Of a stretch of DNA of 64,000 bases, positions 60,951 to 64,000 are shown piece after piece. Position 1 is the first letter of the stretch, and each line of letters opens with the position of its first letter. Origin of the DNA: Gracilinanus agilis (taxonomy: Eukaryota). The stretch spans positions 115,311,873-115,375,872 of the forward strand of contig NC_058130.1 of the NCBI RefSeq assembly GCF_016433145.1, given 5' to 3'. The notes below the pieces were generated by a model that was given only the letters and a program-made list of their open reading frames with translations, did no database searches and had not been told where the DNA came from. The position numbers were made by a program, and so were the translations under genes.

Positions 60951-61672
60951 TGGCTCAGAAAATAAAAATATATATACACATATATTGTACATATGTAAGT
61001 GCATATATAATAGATCATTTTATATAGTGCTTTAATGCCAATCATTTTACATACATTATCTCAGTTGATCCTCACGACAACCCTGGGAGTATAACAACAT
61101 TATAGGAATTATTAATCCTGTTTTATAGATGAGAAAACAGATATTCAGAGAGATCAGGGCCCATATCTAGTGATGGTTTCAAACCCAAATCTTCATGACT
61201 CCAAGACCAATACAACTCATTTATTGCCTCAACAAGTCTTTATTGTCTACTAAGTGCTAGGTACTATGCTAGTTGAAGAGGATAAAAGGGAAAAAATTTA
61301 ATTGCCTCTGATCCTAAGGAGCTTATATTTTATTAAGGGACAACATGTCCATATCAACATGTACCTATACAAGATAAAATATAAAATATATGAAGTTATA
61401 AAAATTAAAATGACAGGTTGAGAAGGGGAGAACCATGGAGGAAGCAGAAGTTCATGTAAAATTTCATGAAGAAGGTAATGATTAACCTGAGCTTTGAAGT
61501 AAACTAAAGATTTTAAGTAAAATCAATAAGAATTTAAGTGCCTACTATGCCAAGAATTATGCTGGGAAAACAAAAAACAAACAAATAAACAAAAAAAGCT
61601 CAGACATAGTCCCTGCCCTCAAGGAGCTCACAACCTAATGGAGAAGACAATGTGAAAATATAGCCAACTACA

Positions 61673-61879
61673 NNNNNNNNNNNNNNNNNNNNNNNNNNNN
61701 NNNNNNNNNNNNNNNNNNNNNNNNNNNNNNNNNNNNNNNNNNNNNNNNNNNNNNNNNNNNNNNNNNNNNNNNNNNNNNNNNNNNNNNNNNNNNNNNNNNN
61801 NNNNNNNNNNNNNNNNNNNNNNNNNNNNNNNNNNNNNNNNNNNNNNNNNNNNNNNNNNNNNNNNNNNNNNNNNNNNNNN
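61673..61879. other. Assembly gap (207 N)
   Basis: N run. Confidence 1.
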
Positions 61880-61927
61880 ATCTAGATATGTAAATGTATA
61901 TGTATATAATGACAATTTTATCCTTAT

Positions 61928-62075
61928 AGTTGTTGTTATTGTTATTTTTCTGTCATTTCAGTGTCATCAAATTCTTCATGACCCCATTTGGGATTTTTTG
62001 GGCAAAAATATTAGAGCAGTTTGCTATTCCTTTCCCAGCTCATTTTACAGATAATGAAACTCAGGCAAATAAGGT
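61928..62075 (-). mobile_element. Mar1-type CORE-SINE, partial
   Basis: GTTGTTG rc-tail, CTTCATGACCCCATTTGGGATTTTTTGGGCAAAAATATTAGAGCAGTTTGCTATTCC...CATTTTACAGAT. Confidence 0.8.
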
Positions 62076-64000
62076 TTATAGGTATTCACGCACATACATA
62101 AAGGATAAATTAGAGATAACTACAAAGGGGAAGGCACCAGCATTAAGAGAGATCAAGAAAAACTTCATGTAGAAGGTAGTATTTTAGGTGATACTAGAAG
62201 GAAACCAGGTAAGCTGGAAGGGAGACCTGAAGAGGGAGTGTGTCCCAACCAAAGCAAAGCTTTGGGAAGGTCTCATCTTTGCACTCTCGTGCTCCTGTGT
62301 TTGCTCTGTATTAGGTTCATGTATGTAGATCATATTTTCTTGCTGTTTCATCTTGAGATTTAAGTATGATACCATTTTCCAGTCTCAACAGACAGGCTGG
62401 CCAATTATTTCTTTTGAGAGAGGAGAAAGGAAGGAGAGGAGAGAAAAGGGGAAAGTTTTAGAAGCTTCTCAAAATCAAATAACTAATTTTGTAAGACATC
62501 GTTTTTTATTTTGTTTCTCTTTTTGCCCCGGGAGACAGTGTGACATCTTTTTAAAGACAGCCCAAATGGGATGTGGCATGATTGACAAGAATTTTTTTTT
62601 TAAATGACTGAGAGGCTCTCATTAAACTGGTACTCCTCACCATCTGGGTTAGACTTTTGATAATCAGGTCAGGCTCCCTTTTGGTCCCTGATCCGAAGAG
62701 CTGAGGATAATTTGTTAGCTATTGTGACTGAAAGGCAAACATTTCTTAGTCACATTCACAGGCATTTTGAGACTAACCACAGTCTCAGGACCCAACAGTG
62801 AGAAAACTCTTTCCAGCTGGCCCACTGTACTTGATGACCCAGTTGAGGAGGAGGGCTCTGACAAAGCTGCCAGTCTGTGCATCGAGGGGTTGGAAGCTTG
62901 CCATTGGAAACAGTGCAACTTTATCACTTGACTTCAAGAAAAGTCTTCCCTTGTGGCATATGGAGACAATATATAGCACAGGACCTGCTGAGGAAGTCTC
63001 CCACCTCCCTCCCCTTTGGGAGGAGAGCTGGCTCCATCCTGCTTTAGGTGAGGAATGGAACTCAAGAGGCAAAGAGGGAGGAGGCCATTTTCCCCCCTTG
63101 TAGAGACATTTCAATTGCTTTCTGCCAAAAATTAAAGTACAATAGATGTACACTTGTGGCTTTGCGTTTACCCATGAGAAGAGATTAAATAAAAGTAACC
63201 ATCCCACAACCAAGTACCAACACAGCTATTACTCACTACCAGGGTAATCACTTTCAGAGCAGTTCCCTTAGGGCATGCTGTAATTGTATACAGAAGAGTA
63301 CCACCTACTTTTACTGGCATTATTTAACAGCATCAAATGGCCCCTTTGGAATGCAGTTGGAGTCCCTCGGGTCCTTCTGAAGTAGAAAGCCCAAGATCTT
63401 AGTTCATGCCTCACAGGCATCTTTAAAAAGAGAGAAATCACTGTTGGAGAAGCTGCCCCACTTCCTCTCCATCCTAGGGACTGCTGACCAGTTACTACTG
63501 ACAGGTAGGAAGTCCAAGAGCCATGGGAATGCTAGTATTCCCCAGACCAAATGTCCAGCTCAGGCAGCCATCTTCCTGGAAGGATTTCTCTATGGAAATG
63601 TAGCCTGGCACCTGCTTCTACAAGTATACAGCCACAGCTACTGAAGGCTCAGAAAAGAAAGTTCTCACCATTGAAGTTCTTGGCGCTATTCAATGGTTCA
63701 ACCTCAGAAACTGATATGATTTTTATTAGGGGAAATAACAATAAAGAAGATGCATTCCCATTTCCTTTGTTGTTGTACCCAACAGATCAGGGCACTGTTC
63801 TATGGGATTTGCCTCTGAAAGCTTCAATGTGAGTTGTCTTCCATTTGAGACTTCTTGAGAGCAACAACTCTTTTACTTTTCTATTTAAATCCCCAGCATT
63901 TAGCATAGTGTAAATGTGTAAATTTAGCACATAGTAAATGCTTCATTCCATCATTTATTGGCTTATAGATCTAGAACTAGAAAGGGCTTTAGAGATTAAC

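Noticed and set aside
62640-62700. Minus-strand LFGSGTK, resembling an antigen-receptor J segment FGXG motif
   Set aside because: No heptamer/nonamer RSS upstream, and the donor spacing is wrong for a J segment.
1-64000. CRISPR arrays, operons, rRNA, true tRNA genes, intact transposase or viral genes
   Set aside because: None seen. tRNA-like heads all belong to SINEs, all hAT copies are non-coding MITEs, and no endogenous viral ORF was recognisable by eye (a tblastx search would be needed to exclude degraded ones).

Overview
AT-rich, repeat-dense mammalian DNA. The repeat complement (SINE1_Mdo-type SINEs, Mar1 and MIR/MIR3 CORE-SINEs, marsupial L1 with a long ORF1-ORF2 spacer, an RTE-related element, many hAT MITEs) points to a didelphid marsupial, most likely Monodelphis domestica; this is inferred from recalled consensus sequences, not a database search. 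Main features: (1) a 5'-truncated, disabled 4.85-kb L1 (16737-21591) with a perfect 18-bp TSD, inserted into a SINE tail; (2) a twin-primed (5'-inverted) L1 (29411-30697) nested in a much older L1; (3) an intronless CIB1 retrocopy (56956-57779) with one frameshift but no nonsense codon; (4) eleven hAT MITE copies from about six families, most with 8-bp TSDs, some resembling families reported as horizontally transferred into opossum; (5) two to three probable solo LTRs; (6) a candidate 97-nt transmembrane-coding exon on the minus strand (8656-8752) that the ORF track misses and that I could not assign to a gene; (7) two E-box-dense non-repetitive segments; (8) microsatellites and two assembly gaps. 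Nearly all ORF-track entries outside L1 and CIB1 are spurious. I found no convincing evidence of a wholly new biological system. The best leads are the orphan TM exon, the frame-preserved CIB1 retrocopy and the E-box clusters. Boundaries of old repeats are approximate, and family names are from memory.
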